A stretch of DNA of 60,753 nucleotides. Origin: Candidatus Hydrogenedentota bacterium. GTDB lineage: Bacteria > Hydrogenedentota > Hydrogenedentia > Hydrogenedentales > CAITNO01. The DNA lies in the NCBI GenBank assembly GCA_903822375.1, contig CAIJOU010000830.1:1-60753 (forward strand). The letters run 5' to 3'. A program made the position numbers and the translations under genes. Shown piece after piece: positions 1 through 10,274 of this stretch (position 1 is its first letter; every line of letters starts with the position of its first letter). Under the pieces are notes generated by a model, which was not told the origin of the DNA, searched no databases, and saw only the letters and a list, made by a program, of their open reading frames with translations.

Positions 1-1515
1 ATCGAGCCGCGTGGGCAATGCCCGCATGAACGCCTCGACGGGCAGGCTGTCCACAAAGTCATCGGGCAGCACGGAAGTGTCCGGCGGCGTCAGTTTGATG
101 GCGCCTCGCAGCTCCCCTGCCTGGGTAAGGCAGTAGTTGTACGCGTTGAGATTGCCTTCAGCCCCCGCAATGGCCTCAAGGCATGCGGCCAGCGCGTCTT
201 TAGCTTCCTGTGAATCCGGCTCGGCCTGCGTCCACAGTCGGGCCAGTTCCGCGCCCCAATGAAACTCCTTTGCCTCGCTTGCGGCGCGCACCTGTTCGGC
301 CAGCGGCTTGCCCGCCGCAAATGCCTGCGCATACCGCTTCGCGCGCTCGTCCGGCGGCAGCGGATTCAACTGCGCCGCGTCACCGTTGAACCAGCCCAGA
401 TACCCGTCGTAAATGCCGCGGACGGACCAAGAGACTTTTCCGTAGCGCTCCTGCAGCCAGGGATGCCGCGCCAGATGTTCCGGCAGCCGCACCGCCTGCA
501 CAATCTCGTCCGGGCTTAACCCGCGGTTCATGTTGCGCACCGTCTGGTCGTGGACAAACTGGATCGCGTCGCGGTACGCCGTCAGAACCCCGCCTATGGC
601 GTCCCTCCCCGCGAGGGGCCGCGTGTGGCAGGGGACTAGGAATTCAGGCTCAAGGTCGCGCATGGCGTCCAGGCTCCCGACCCAATGCATGACGTCGCGA
701 TAGGCCGTGCCGCGGATGGTGTAGAGATTGGGAAAGGCCTCGTAAATGTTGTCGGCCGGAATCAAGACCCTTTTGTCCGGCAGCCACACGGCGATCTGGT
801 CGGGCGTCTCGCCGGGCGCGTGGAAAAGCGCCAGCCGCACCCCGGCGACGGTCACTTCGAGTCTGTCGCGAAAGGTCACCGTGGGACGCGCAAGCGCTAT
901 GTTTTCCGGATGGTAGTCCAGCCTGGGGCCAATGGCGCAGCTTGACTGCTGCCCGGGCTCAAGAAACTGGCCGAACATGCGCAGACTGCGCACGCAGGTC
1001 GCGTTCCCCGTCACGCTGATGATCCGGTCAATCAGTTCCGACGTGGTTTCATGGGCATATACGGGAATGTCTTCGCGGCCTTCCGTGAACACGAGCCCGC
1101 CGAAGATATGGTCGGCGTGGTTGTGCGTAAGGACCAACGCCTTGACGGGTTTGGGCGTGATGGCCGCGAAAGCGGCCTTCACCTCCTCGGCCTGGGTGCG
1201 GCCCTCAAGGGCATCCACCACGACCACGCCGTCATCGCCCTCAATCAGGACTGAATTGGCGAGACCGTAGCCTATGGCGACATAGACACCGTCGGTGACC
1301 TTCTCAACCCTTTTGTAAAAGAGTTCCGGCTGTGGCGCCGCAGCCCCCACACCGACTGCGGCGGCGGGAGCCGCCGGGCGGGGTGCGCCGCCGCAGCCGG
1401 TCACGACAAGGGCCATGAGGAACACGCAGGCCAGTCCGGCCCCGACCGGAAGAAGCGGCCTGCGGACATGCCTGAACGGGGCGCATGGAATGCGCCGGTG
1501 ATCGCTATATGTCAA
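1..1515 (-). CDS. MBL-fold alkyl/aryl-sulfatase (SdsA1/Bds1-like); 3' end cut by the window edge
   Basis: Absent from the ORF track because it runs off position 1. The minus-strand frame is open across all 505 codons. It encodes a lipoprotein-like signal (..LACVFLMALVVTGCGG), VIEGDDGVVVVDAL and the metallo-beta-lactamase motif THNHADH (nt 1108-1128). It continues with HAPGETPDQ, PNLYTIRGTAYRD and a dimerisation/SCP2-like tail (YGKVSWSVRGIYDGYLGWFNGD). There is no ATG; the candidate TTG start at 1515 overlaps the upstream stop. Confidence 0.8.
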   Translation of the reverse strand, partial: MTYSDHRRIPCAPFRHVRRPLLPVGAGLACVFLMALVVTGCGGAPRPAAPAAAVGVGAAAPQPELFYKRVEKVTDGVYVAIGYGLANSVLIEGDDGVVVVDALEGRTQAEEVKAAFAAITPKPVKALVLTHNHADHIFGGLVFTEGREDIPVYAHETTSELIDRIISVTGNATCVRSLRMFGQFLEPGQQSSCAIGPRLDYHPENIALARPTVTFRDRLEVTVAGVRLALFHAPGETPDQIAVWLPDKRVLIPADNIYEAFPNLYTIRGTAYRDVMHWVGSLDAMRDLEPEFLVPCHTRPLAGRDAIGGVLTAYRDAIQFVHDQTVRNMNRGLSPDEIVQAVRLPEHLARHPWLQERYGKVSWSVRGIYDGYLGWFNGDAAQLNPLPPDERAKRYAQAFAAGKPLAEQVRAASEAKEFHWGAELARLWTQAEPDSQEAKDALAACLEAIAGAEGNLNAYNYCLTQAGELRGAIKLTPPDTSVLPDDFVDSLPVEAFMRALPTRLD

Positions 1516-3121
1516 AGACATAGAGGTCGTCGCCAAAGCGAAGCTCATTGCGCGCGGGACTTGGCCACAGCGGGGCAACAAGCCCCTTTTCCCATTCCGC
1601 CAGTGCCGCCTGCAGTTCGGCGACCTTTTCCGGGTTCTTCCGTGACAGGTCGGTGGTTTCGGACTTGTCGCTGGCCAGATTGTACAGCCAGGTTCTGTCG
1701 CTCTTGCCGCTGATGACCAGTTTCCACTCCCCTTTGCGCACCGCCTTCGCGCTGCCCGACCGCCAGAACAGCGCCTCGTGGGCGGGCTCATTCTTGAGCA
1801 CCTTGTCAACCAGATCCACGCCGTCGTACTGCCTGTCCTGCGGCAGCGGTGCGCCGATGTTCGCGGCGATGGTGGTAAAGATGTCCAGGGTGCTCACGGG
1901 CTGCCCATACACGGTGCCGGGCTCTATCCTTCCCTTCCAGCTCATCAGGAAGGGAACGTTTATACCGCCCTCAAACTGGGTAAGCTTCCCTCCCTTCAGG
2001 GGAGCGTTTGAGGTGGCCCGAGTATAGGCAGCCCCGCCGTTGTCACTCGAGAAGACAATCAGGGTCTTCTCTTCGAGCCCGTCCTCACGCACTTTCTTCA
2101 CAATTCTCCCGACGGCGTCGTCCAGGGCACTGATCATGGCATAGTAAACGCGTTTGTTCTCGTCTTGAACCTTTGAGAACCGGTCGTAGTATTCGGTGGG
2201 CACTTGGAACGGTGTATGCGGGGCGTTGAATGGCACGTAAAGGACAAAGGGGTTGTTCTTGTTCTTGTCGATAAACTCCTCGGCTTCCAGCGCAAACCTT
2301 TCGGTCAGGTAGTCCTTTTCGTCCAGGATTTCCTCGTTCCTGCGAATGAGTCCTGTGCCAACCCGCCCGTTCTTCCAGATAAAGCTGTCGGTCACGTCCT
2401 GGTGATGGTGACTGATGATGTTCGGTGTGCCGACGGGCACATACAGTGAGAATGCCTGATAGAAACCGAAGTGGTAGTCGAAACCTCTTTCCAGCGGTGC
2501 GAAACCCTTCGTGTGTCCGAGATGCCATTTGCCGATGGCCCCGGTTGCGTATCCTTGGGTCTTGGCCAGTTCCGCGAAGGTGATTTCCGACTGGGGCAGG
2601 CCCTGCGAATCCATAGAGGCCCTGGTGGGATAACTTTCCCTTTCGTTGATCTTCCAGTCTCCGGTGAGAATGAAATTCTTGGCAATATAATACTCAAGCA
2701 GGCAGGAGGGATACTGATCGCCCGGCTGCAATTCGTGGCCGAAACGCTGCTGGTACCTGCCGGTCAGCAAAGCCGCTCTGGACGGCGAGCATATCGGGGC
2801 CGTCACATAACCGTCCGTAAAAGTGACGCCTGACGCTGCCAGGGCATCGATGTTTGGCGTGGGCACGTCTTTGCCACCATAGAGTGAAACGTCGTACTTT
2901 CCCAGGTCATCGGCGAGCAGGATGATCACATTGGTCTTTTGTCCGGTGACCTCCGGCACGGGACCGCCAAGAAACGCTTTTCTGCCTGCCAGCAGTTTTT
3001 TGTCCGGCACAAGGATCGTGTTATCCGTGTTAATCGGCCGCAGGAGATAGACGAGAAGGGGCACAATAATTACTGCGACGATAAAGATGAACTTGACGGT
3101 CTTCTTTTTCAGAAATGCCAT
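1505..3121 (-). CDS. Arylsulfatase (Cys-type, formylglycine-dependent)
   Basis: Sulfatase signature APICSPSRAALLTGRY (C-x-P-x-R) plus LLADDLG and GKWHLG motifs. N-terminal anchor MAFLKKKTVKFIFIVAVIIVPLL. The start was trimmed from the ORF-track 3181 to the ATG at 3121. Confidence 0.9.
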   Translation of the reverse strand: MAFLKKKTVKFIFIVAVIIVPLLVYLLRPINTDNTILVPDKKLLAGRKAFLGGPVPEVTGQKTNVIILLADDLGKYDVSLYGGKDVPTPNIDALAASGVTFTDGYVTAPICSPSRAALLTGRYQQRFGHELQPGDQYPSCLLEYYIAKNFILTGDWKINERESYPTRASMDSQGLPQSEITFAELAKTQGYATGAIGKWHLGHTKGFAPLERGFDYHFGFYQAFSLYVPVGTPNIISHHHQDVTDSFIWKNGRVGTGLIRRNEEILDEKDYLTERFALEAEEFIDKNKNNPFVLYVPFNAPHTPFQVPTEYYDRFSKVQDENKRVYYAMISALDDAVGRIVKKVREDGLEEKTLIVFSSDNGGAAYTRATSNAPLKGGKLTQFEGGINVPFLMSWKGRIEPGTVYGQPVSTLDIFTTIAANIGAPLPQDRQYDGVDLVDKVLKNEPAHEALFWRSGSAKAVRKGEWKLVISGKSDRTWLYNLASDKSETTDLSRKNPEKVAELQAALAEWEKGLVAPLWPSPARNELRFGDDLYVFDI

Positions 3122-3292
3122 TGCTGCATACTCCGTTCTTCTTTCCGTGGACCGGCTTTCACACCTGGGAGAGTCCCGCAAAGACGACGCCGGGGGTTGG
3201 ACCCGGCGCGACCTGCGCCTCTGGATGTTCTTGCGTTGACGGGTGGCGAGGGGTGACCGCGCCGGGAGGCGCCGGCCACTTCGCCGCTCGGC

Positions 3293-4252
3293 TCATGAAA
3301 TGTTTGTGGCCGCAAAGGTGAACAGTCCCGCAATGCGGCTGTTCACGGGGGCATCCCCCTTTTCGTTGTACTTGAGAAACTCCACGTGACCGTCCAGATA
3401 CAGGTAGTTGGAGCCGCCCGGCAGGTGGTTGTAGATCGAGGTCTTGGCACCCAGTCCGATATTGTCTCCCTGTATCCAGATCTGGCTCTGGGCCTTGGAA
3501 CTGGCGGCTGCATTGTTGATGTCCGTGATCAGGAAACGCTCGATGCCTTCCCGCAGACGGTACAGTGTGTTGCCGCCGCCGTTCCCCAGGCCGGAAGTTT
3601 CGGTCAGGTCGTTGTCCAGACCCGCCGCCGCAGGACCGGTTGCCGCCAGCGTGCTTACTCCCGCATAGGCAACAAGCAGGGGCAGCAGGGGCTGGAATAG
3701 TTGTGTGGGCAGCTCAACGCCGGAATAGGGGGTGACGGGGTCCCCGTAGTTGGCCCGGTCGACCAGGTAGCCAAGGTAATTGTAGTTGGTTTCTATCAGC
3801 GTCTGGCCGCGGCCGGTGCCAATGCCGGACTGCACACTGCGCTTGCATGCAGTCCCAAATTCATTCACACCGGTGACCTTGTTTATTAAGGGGTACTGAC
3901 CGTGCGAGGCGGCAGACGGGCAGAAAATGATGTTCGGGTCGGTCAGATACTCGGGGTAAAGCACCGTAACTTTGGGTCCCGTCGCCAACTGCCCAATTTT
4001 CCCCGTGGGGGTGCCGGTGTCGCAGTCAATCACCGCGTCGGTGGTCGCGTGTATCGGGGGCAGCTTGCCGCCTCCCGACTCATTGGCGTACATCTTGTAA
4101 ATCACACCGAACTGTTTGAGGTTGTTGGCACAGGAGGCGCGCCGGGCGGCTTCACGTGCCCTCGCCAGCGCGGGCAACAGGATCGCCGCCAAAATGCCGA
4201 TGATGGCAATGACGACCAGCAGTTCAATGAGTGTGAAACCGTGCTTCTTCAT
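3293..4252 (-). CDS. DUF1559-family prepilin-type N-terminal cleavage/methylation domain protein
   Basis: [47 protein letters not shown] is a class-III signal with a pseudopilin helix. C-terminal [14 protein letters not shown] motif. Start trimmed to MKKHGF. Confidence 0.85.
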   Translation of the reverse strand: MKKHGFTLIELLVVIAIIGILAAILLPALARAREAARRASCANNLKQFGVIYKMYANESGGGKLPPIHATTDAVIDCDTGTPTGKIGQLATGPKVTVLYPEYLTDPNIIFCPSAASHGQYPLINKVTGVNEFGTACKRSVQSGIGTGRGQTLIETNYNYLGYLVDRANYGDPVTPYSGVELPTQLFQPLLPLLVAYAGVSTLAATGPAAAGLDNDLTETSGLGNGGGNTLYRLREGIERFLITDINNAAASSKAQSQIWIQGDNIGLGAKTSIYNHLPGGSNYLYLDGHVEFLKYNEKGDAPVNSRIAGLFTFAATNIS

Positions 4253-4370
4253 AAGTCTTGCTCCTTTCGTGTTTGGCCGATGCACCATCGGTATATACGA
4301 CTATTCCGCTCTGTTTACATGTATCTTACCAGCTTCAAGATTAGAATGTCAAGCGTCTTTATCGTGTATA

Positions 4371-4399
4371 TTGAAATGCGCTTGGGGATATGCTATAAC
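4371..4399 (+). promoter_or_regulatory. Putative sigma70-type promoter for the MFS gene
   Basis: TTGAAA (4371-4376), a 17-nt spacer and TATAAC (4394-4399) lie in the AT-rich divergent intergenic region. AGGAAGGAAG RBS at 4431-4440. Confidence 0.3.
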
Positions 4400-4447
4400 T
4401 TAGTAAGTTGACCGGAATTATAGTATTGCAAGGAAGGAAGAAATATC

Positions 4448-6118
4448 ATGGAAAACAGCCCATATCGCAAGCGCGTCATATACGGGATGGGGGGGCTTAC
4501 CATCAGCCTCTCCGACCTGATAGTTATGCAGTGGCTGCTGGTCAGGTATTTGCCCCCCGACAAACCCCATCTCGTTCCTGCGGCCTTTTTCGGTGCGCTC
4601 ATGCTCTTGGGCCGTTTGACCGAGGGCGTCGGTTTCGCGTTCTTTGCGCACTGGAGCGACAATTGCCATGCGAAAAGCGGAAGACGGCTTCCGTTCATGC
4701 GGCTTTCCATCGTGCCCTTCGCGGTGACATTTTTCCTGCTGTTCATGCCCCCCGTGGACCATGCGCACTGGCTGAACATGGTCTATGCAGCAGTAACCAT
4801 TCCCGTGTACTTCGGACTGTACGGTGCGGTCGTGGTCCCTTATCTGGCCTTACTTCCCGAACTAAGCAAGGGCGGCAAAGAGCGCATTAACCTGAGCACC
4901 TGCCAATCCCTCTTCATCCTCCTGTCGACCATCTTTTTTGGCCTGAGCGGGCCCGCCCTGAACCATTTCGGCTGGGCCTTCGTGATGGGCGCCGCGGCGG
5001 TGCTGGGCGTTGCCTTCTTCATGCCCGCCTGCCTGCTGCTGCGCGAGACCAAAGAGACTGAAAAATCACCGCAGGAGCGTCTTCCGCTTTGGCCGTCCGT
5101 TGCGGATGTGCTAAGGAGCCAGCCTTTTCGGCGCGCGCTGATTTCCATAGGATTGTTCTGGTTTGCGCTCAACGCGCTCACCGCATTGGTGCCCTACTGG
5201 ACGGTCATCACCCTGGGACGCAGCGAGGATGACGTGGCCAAACTTATGGGCCTCTATCTGTTGGTCAGTTTTGGTGCGTCACTGGCCATCAACCGTTTTG
5301 CCAAACGCCATGGCAAATACGCGACCCTGCTCGGCGTCTATCTGGCCGGCGCGGTGATATTTCCATCGCTGGCGCTGGTGGGACACCTGCCCTTCGGCGA
5401 TGAATTCACGCAGAGTCTCGTGGTGCTCGCGCTGTGCGGCATACCGGTGGCCGGGTTTCTCATCCTGCCCTTTGCCATTCTGGCGGACGTGGTCGATCAT
5501 GATACAAGACTCACGGGACGCCGCCGGGAGGCGACTTTCTACGGTGTCAGGGGTGTGCTGCAAAAGCTGCTCATCGGCGTGTCCGTGCTCACCTTCACCG
5601 TCGTCCCCTACTTGGGAAGCGATGGAAGCCGTGTCCTGCGGCAGGACGGCTGGGTATCATTCTCCGCAAGCTATTCCCCCCTTCCGGACAGCCCGGCACC
5701 CATGGACAGCACCCTTCCGTCCGATGCAGCGAGGCAGCGCCCCGCCGGGCGCAGCATTCACCTGACAGTAAAGCCTGCGGGACTCCCCGCTCCATGGTCA
5801 TTGTCGGGACCCGATGGGTTTCAGTTGAACGGCAAGGGGGATGCCATGCTCCCCGACATGGTGCCGGCCGCCTATTCAGTGGCTTGGGGCGACCTGCCCG
5901 GGTGGACCGCCCCAACGCCCCAGCGCATTCCAACCCCCGGCGGGCTCAAGTTCATGGCGCTGCTCTGCGGCGTGTTCAGCGCCGCCGCGTTCATTGTCTT
6001 CCTGAAATATCCCCTGCGGGAACAGGGAATACGCGCGCACACGGGGCGCGCAGCCTGGAGAAGTGAAATGGATTCAACCGCGGAACTCGCCCCGTTGGGC
6101 GGCGAGGTGGGCGTATGA
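4448..6118 (+). CDS. MFS transporter, glycoside-pentoside-hexuronide (MelB-like) type, with a ~110-aa insertion before the last TM
   Basis: Multi-TM profile typical of GPH symporters. The non-hydrophobic segment at 5614-5940 sits between ..VLTFTVVPYLG and GLKFMALLCGVFSAAAFIVFL. Confidence 0.75.
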   Translation: MENSPYRKRVIYGMGGLTISLSDLIVMQWLLVRYLPPDKPHLVPAAFFGALMLLGRLTEGVGFAFFAHWSDNCHAKSGRRLPFMRLSIVPFAVTFFLLFMPPVDHAHWLNMVYAAVTIPVYFGLYGAVVVPYLALLPELSKGGKERINLSTCQSLFILLSTIFFGLSGPALNHFGWAFVMGAAAVLGVAFFMPACLLLRETKETEKSPQERLPLWPSVADVLRSQPFRRALISIGLFWFALNALTALVPYWTVITLGRSEDDVAKLMGLYLLVSFGASLAINRFAKRHGKYATLLGVYLAGAVIFPSLALVGHLPFGDEFTQSLVVLALCGIPVAGFLILPFAILADVVDHDTRLTGRRREATFYGVRGVLQKLLIGVSVLTFTVVPYLGSDGSRVLRQDGWVSFSASYSPLPDSPAPMDSTLPSDAARQRPAGRSIHLTVKPAGLPAPWSLSGPDGFQLNGKGDAMLPDMVPAAYSVAWGDLPGWTAPTPQRIPTPGGLKFMALLCGVFSAAAFIVFLKYPLREQGIRAHTGRAAWRSEMDSTAELAPLGGEVGV

Positions 6119-6194
6119 CGCCCATCGCCTGGAACCAAACTTGACCGTTCTCAACGTGCCAGCCAATTGCGGCAAAACATCCTTGGAGGTTGCC

Positions 6195-7385
6195 ATGAAT
6201 ATTAACCGCAGACAATTCCTGAAAACCGCAGGGGCCGGAATCGCGGCCGTTGCCGCCTTTGAGGTGGTAGGCCGCGCCGGGCTGTTCCCGTTGACAGGCG
6301 CCTCCGCGGCACCGAATATCCCGCTCGCCGACCAGGTGCTCGGTCCCATACCCAAAGATCCCCAGGCGCGGTCGATTTTGCGCATGTCCGAGTTGAACCG
6401 GCTCCCCTGGTTCGAAAAGGGCGAGGCGGGGCAGTTGCGGCTGGCATCGGGTGCCGGAATCCCCCCCGTGATTGACGTGCACACCCACGTTGGCTGGAGC
6501 CAGGGGCTGGGCGAGGACATTGACATGACGGCGCGCAGTCCGGTCCGCTACTTCTGGAACTACGAAATAGCCCAGGATTTCCTCAACATACAGCTCCATC
6601 CGACGCCGGGCGAGGCGGAAGCGATGGCCGATGAAACGAAGTACCTGGTCTTCAAGACACCGGAGCGCAACAAGACCCACACCGCCGCCAACCTCGTGGC
6701 GGAAATGGCGCGTTTCAACCATGCCCGGTCGGTAATGCTGCCCGTCGAGATACCCGTTCGGTCCCGTCATGCGGAACAGACCCGGCAGGCCGCCAGGGTG
6801 GACGATCGGCTCATCGCCTTCTCAGGCATCCACCCCTGGCACTGGTCGGAGGAAAAGGAAAAGCAGCTTGCAGCAACGCTTGGCGGCACCGTGCGCGGGC
6901 TCAAGTTTCATCCGGTGTTCCAGTTCATGGGGCCTGACCACCCCGATGCGATGAAGATGTTCGAATGGTGCGCGGCGCATGACGTGGTGGTGCTGGCGCA
7001 CACGGGCTTTACCGGCAGCGAGCCCGGCTTCATGCAGGCCTTTGCCGAACCGGAACGTTTTGCCGCCCCGCTCAAGGCCTTTCCCAAACTCAAGATGGTC
7101 TTCGGACACACCGGGTCGCGAAAGCGCTTTCACGAAACCCTCGCCGTGGCCAGAAGACATGAGGACCAGGTGTGGCTCGAATTCTCAGGCCAGCCGGTTC
7201 CCCATATCCGCACGGTCATCGACCATTATGACAAGTCGAAAATTGTCTACGGTTCCGACTGGCCCTACTACCCGCTTGCGGTGGCGCTGGCCCGCTTCCT
7301 GGTGGCCACGGAAGACCAGCAAGACCTCCGGCAGGCGATCCTTCATGACAATGCCGCCAGACTGCTGGGGCTGCCCCTGGCGTGA
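6195..7385 (+). CDS. Tat-exported amidohydrolase-family metal hydrolase
   Basis: MNINRRQFLKTAGAGIAAVAA twin-arginine signal. VIDVHTHVGW, VFGHTGS and YGSDWPY motifs of the amidohydrolase_2 type. GGAGG RBS at 6186-6190. Start trimmed from 6063. Confidence 0.8.
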   Translation: MNINRRQFLKTAGAGIAAVAAFEVVGRAGLFPLTGASAAPNIPLADQVLGPIPKDPQARSILRMSELNRLPWFEKGEAGQLRLASGAGIPPVIDVHTHVGWSQGLGEDIDMTARSPVRYFWNYEIAQDFLNIQLHPTPGEAEAMADETKYLVFKTPERNKTHTAANLVAEMARFNHARSVMLPVEIPVRSRHAEQTRQAARVDDRLIAFSGIHPWHWSEEKEKQLAATLGGTVRGLKFHPVFQFMGPDHPDAMKMFEWCAAHDVVVLAHTGFTGSEPGFMQAFAEPERFAAPLKAFPKLKMVFGHTGSRKRFHETLAVARRHEDQVWLEFSGQPVPHIRTVIDHYDKSKIVYGSDWPYYPLAVALARFLVATEDQQDLRQAILHDNAARLLGLPLA

Positions 7386-7410
7386 TGCGCGGCGCCTCCA
7401 CCAACACCCC

Positions 7411-8382
7411 CTAGATTTCGCGGCGCAAATTCAGCGCCGCGAAATTGTCGAAGGCTTCGCGGCTGGAAAACCGGGGCGCATAGCCGAAGCGCGTCTTGAG
7501 CCGGTCATTGGCAAGGACGGGCCGGTAGCGCAGGAAATTCACCTGTTCAGGGCCGTATTGGGAAATGCCAAGTTTATGGAAGAACCACAACGCGCTGCGC
7601 AACAGGGAGGGCGGAATGGCAAGGTAGGGTTTGCCGATCAGCCTGGCGATTTGACGCAGGGTCACTTGGCCGTCACCGGCAACGTTGTACACCCCCTCGG
7701 CGCGGTCCAGAATGCCTTTCACAATGCATTCGACCAGGTCCTGATCCCAGATGAAAACAAAGGGGGTCTCGGTCCCCGCAATGCCGGTGATTAGAGCTTT
7801 GCGGAAAATGTCCGTAATCTGGTTGTCTGTCTGTTCACCCAGGATCGTGCACACGCGGAACACCAACTGCCGCAGGCCGGGTTGGTCGCGCCGAAAAGTG
7901 GCCAGCATTTCCTCCACGCGCCGCTTGTGGTCGGAATAGGCAAATTCGGGATTCCCGCGCAGCGCGTCATCCTCGGTGAGGGGCTGCGGATTGTCGGCAT
8001 AATAACCGTAGGCCGCGCCGCTGCTGGTCACAATAATCTGCTTCACATTGGCCCCCACGCAGGACTGCAGCACGTTGCGGGTGCCTTCAACATCGACGGA
8101 GCAGGCAAATGCACGGGTCATCTCCTTTGTCGGAGTGACTATCGAGGCGAGATGCACGACCGTGTCCATGGGATTGGCGTGCAGTGCCCGCTCCAGGGTG
8201 TCGTCGCGGATATCACCAACCACGTAATTCACGCCGGGCAATTCGCTTGCTTTGGAGGGGGGACGGACGTCAAAGGCCGTCACCGCCGCAAAGAGTCCCC
8301 GCTGTCGTGCAATTCTTTGCAGCAGCAGGGATCCGACGTAGCCCGAAGCGCCTGTAATGAGGATGGACGGCTTTGTGTCCAT
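7411..8382 (-). CDS. NAD-dependent epimerase/dehydratase (extended SDR)
   Basis: ILITGASGYVGSLL Rossmann motif and YSDHK (YxxxK) catalytic motif. Confidence 0.85.
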   Translation of the reverse strand: MDTKPSILITGASGYVGSLLLQRIARQRGLFAAVTAFDVRPPSKASELPGVNYVVGDIRDDTLERALHANPMDTVVHLASIVTPTKEMTRAFACSVDVEGTRNVLQSCVGANVKQIIVTSSGAAYGYYADNPQPLTEDDALRGNPEFAYSDHKRRVEEMLATFRRDQPGLRQLVFRVCTILGEQTDNQITDIFRKALITGIAGTETPFVFIWDQDLVECIVKGILDRAEGVYNVAGDGQVTLRQIARLIGKPYLAIPPSLLRSALWFFHKLGISQYGPEQVNFLRYRPVLANDRLKTRFGYAPRFSSREAFDNFAALNLRREI

Positions 8383-8386
8383 GGTG

Positions 8387-10138
8387 CTACCTCCCCGCGG
8401 GTTCCTGGTGCATCTTTTTGAAGGTCATCAGGTTGGGCGCCCAGAGATGCTTGACCGGGTCCACGTCGATGTGGATGACGGCGGTTGTGCCGGACTGGAG
8501 CGCGTTGCCAATGGCCTCTTTGAGTGCCACGGGTGACTGCACGCGCGCGCCGAAAGCGCCCATGGCCTCGGCAACCCGGTCGAAGCGAATTTCACCCAAC
8601 TCGGTGTTGACGGTTTCCTCCGGCTTGAGCGTCTTGAACAGGATGGTCTTCCATGGGTGTGTCGCGAACTGCTGCGTCATCTTGACCATGCCCCATTGCT
8701 TGTCGCAGCAGACGAGAAACACGACCCGAAGCCGGTTGCGCACGGCGGTTTCGATCTCCTGAATGTTGAAACCCATTGCCCCGTCGCCGATGATGCAGTA
8801 AACCTGTCTTTCGGGAAAGGCGGCCGCAGCGCCCAGCGCCTGCGGAACGCCCGCGCCGAGCATGCCGAATTTGGCGGTCATAAGCAGTGTGTTGGGCTCC
8901 TTCACGTCGTGAAAGAACTGTCCCCAGATGGTCGTGTTGCCGCCGTCGAGTACGCATACGGCGTCCCGGGAAAACTCGTTTCCGCACACGTCCGCCACGT
9001 GTGCCGTGTTAAGCGGCTCCGCACGGTCTTCCAGGTGCTCATCGAGCTTTGTGCGCCGCGCCGACCGTTCCCTGGCATAGGCATCAAGGCGTTGTTTTCT
9101 GTCACACACGAAAACCTGTTTCATGCGTTCACTGACCGCGTCATGCAGCGCCGCAAGAAAGGCCTTCGCATCGGCCAGAATGGCCACATCCACGGGCTTG
9201 TTCAGACCGAGCATGTCCTCGTCGTTGTCCACCTGGATGGTGCTTTGTTTTGGTGCCTGCGCCCAGTTGGGCGCCTTGCCCCACCAGTCCGTTTCACCCA
9301 GGCGCGAGCCCACCACAAGCAGTACGTCGGCCTCGTTGCGCACCCGGTCCAGCAGGTCCACATAGGGCATGGGGATGGCGGTGTGGGACTCCTCCGACAG
9401 GGCCGCCCGCGCCCCCCAGCTTGTGGACACCGGCGCATGCAGCAGTTCGGCCACCTTGCGCAGTTCCTCAAAGGCCTGTGCGTGAATCACGCCGCTGCCC
9501 GCATGAATCAGCGGCGCCTCGGCCGATGTGAGCAAGTCCGCCGCCCGCGCCACGAGCGCCGGGTCGGGTTGAATGCGCCCCGTGAGACGGTACGTTTCCG
9601 GCAAGGGCAACGGTACCGGCGCATCTTTGCCGTTGATAATGTTCTCTGGAATGTCCACATGCACCACGCCCGGCCTGCCTTTGAAGGAATGGCGGAAAGC
9701 GCGCCTCATGAATTCCGGAAGGCGGGCAAAGGCCGGGACACTCCCGCTCCATTTGGCCGTGGGCGCAATCACACCCACCTGGTCGAAATACTGGTACGTG
9801 CCGCCGCGGTCGGGATTGCTGACGCCCACACGGCGCGAACTGGTAATGAGCAGCACCCGGTTCCCCTCGGCCTGCTCGACCACCACGCCCGGAAGAACAT
9901 TGGCAACGCCGGGGCCGCTGCTCGCCAGACACACGCCCAAACGGCCCGTGAGCCGCGCATAGGCACCCGCCATGTGCGCGGCGCAGGCCTCATGACGCGG
10001 GGTAATCAGTCGTATGCCCTGTCTGCGCAGCGCGAAATTCAGCGCCAGATAGGACCCGTCGATGATGCCGAACACCGTGTCCACGCCTTCGTTCTTGAGC
10101 ATGCGTGCGATGATTTCACCGCCGGAAACTTTGTCCAT
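8387..10138 (-). CDS. Thiamine-pyrophosphate enzyme (acetolactate synthase-like family)
   Basis: GGEIIARMLKNEGVDTVFGI, SSGPGVANVLPGV and the GDGAMGFNIQEIETAVRN TPP-binding motif. Start trimmed to MDKVSGG (10138). 4-nt gap to the SDR gene. Confidence 0.85.
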   Translation of the reverse strand: MDKVSGGEIIARMLKNEGVDTVFGIIDGSYLALNFALRRQGIRLITPRHEACAAHMAGAYARLTGRLGVCLASSGPGVANVLPGVVVEQAEGNRVLLITSSRRVGVSNPDRGGTYQYFDQVGVIAPTAKWSGSVPAFARLPEFMRRAFRHSFKGRPGVVHVDIPENIINGKDAPVPLPLPETYRLTGRIQPDPALVARAADLLTSAEAPLIHAGSGVIHAQAFEELRKVAELLHAPVSTSWGARAALSEESHTAIPMPYVDLLDRVRNEADVLLVVGSRLGETDWWGKAPNWAQAPKQSTIQVDNDEDMLGLNKPVDVAILADAKAFLAALHDAVSERMKQVFVCDRKQRLDAYARERSARRTKLDEHLEDRAEPLNTAHVADVCGNEFSRDAVCVLDGGNTTIWGQFFHDVKEPNTLLMTAKFGMLGAGVPQALGAAAAFPERQVYCIIGDGAMGFNIQEIETAVRNRLRVVFLVCCDKQWGMVKMTQQFATHPWKTILFKTLKPEETVNTELGEIRFDRVAEAMGAFGARVQSPVALKEAIGNALQSGTTAVIHIDVDPVKHLWAPNLMTFKKMHQEPAGR

Positions 10139-10274
10139 ATGCGACTCCCTTCTCTGAGAAACCTGTTGGTCCGAAATGCGCCGAAAGACAGTCGGCTGTT
10201 GGGGGTTTTTCACCACAACCCGAAAGCGTGTCGGGGTTATCTGACGTTTTGCGCCCGAGACAACCGGACAACCC

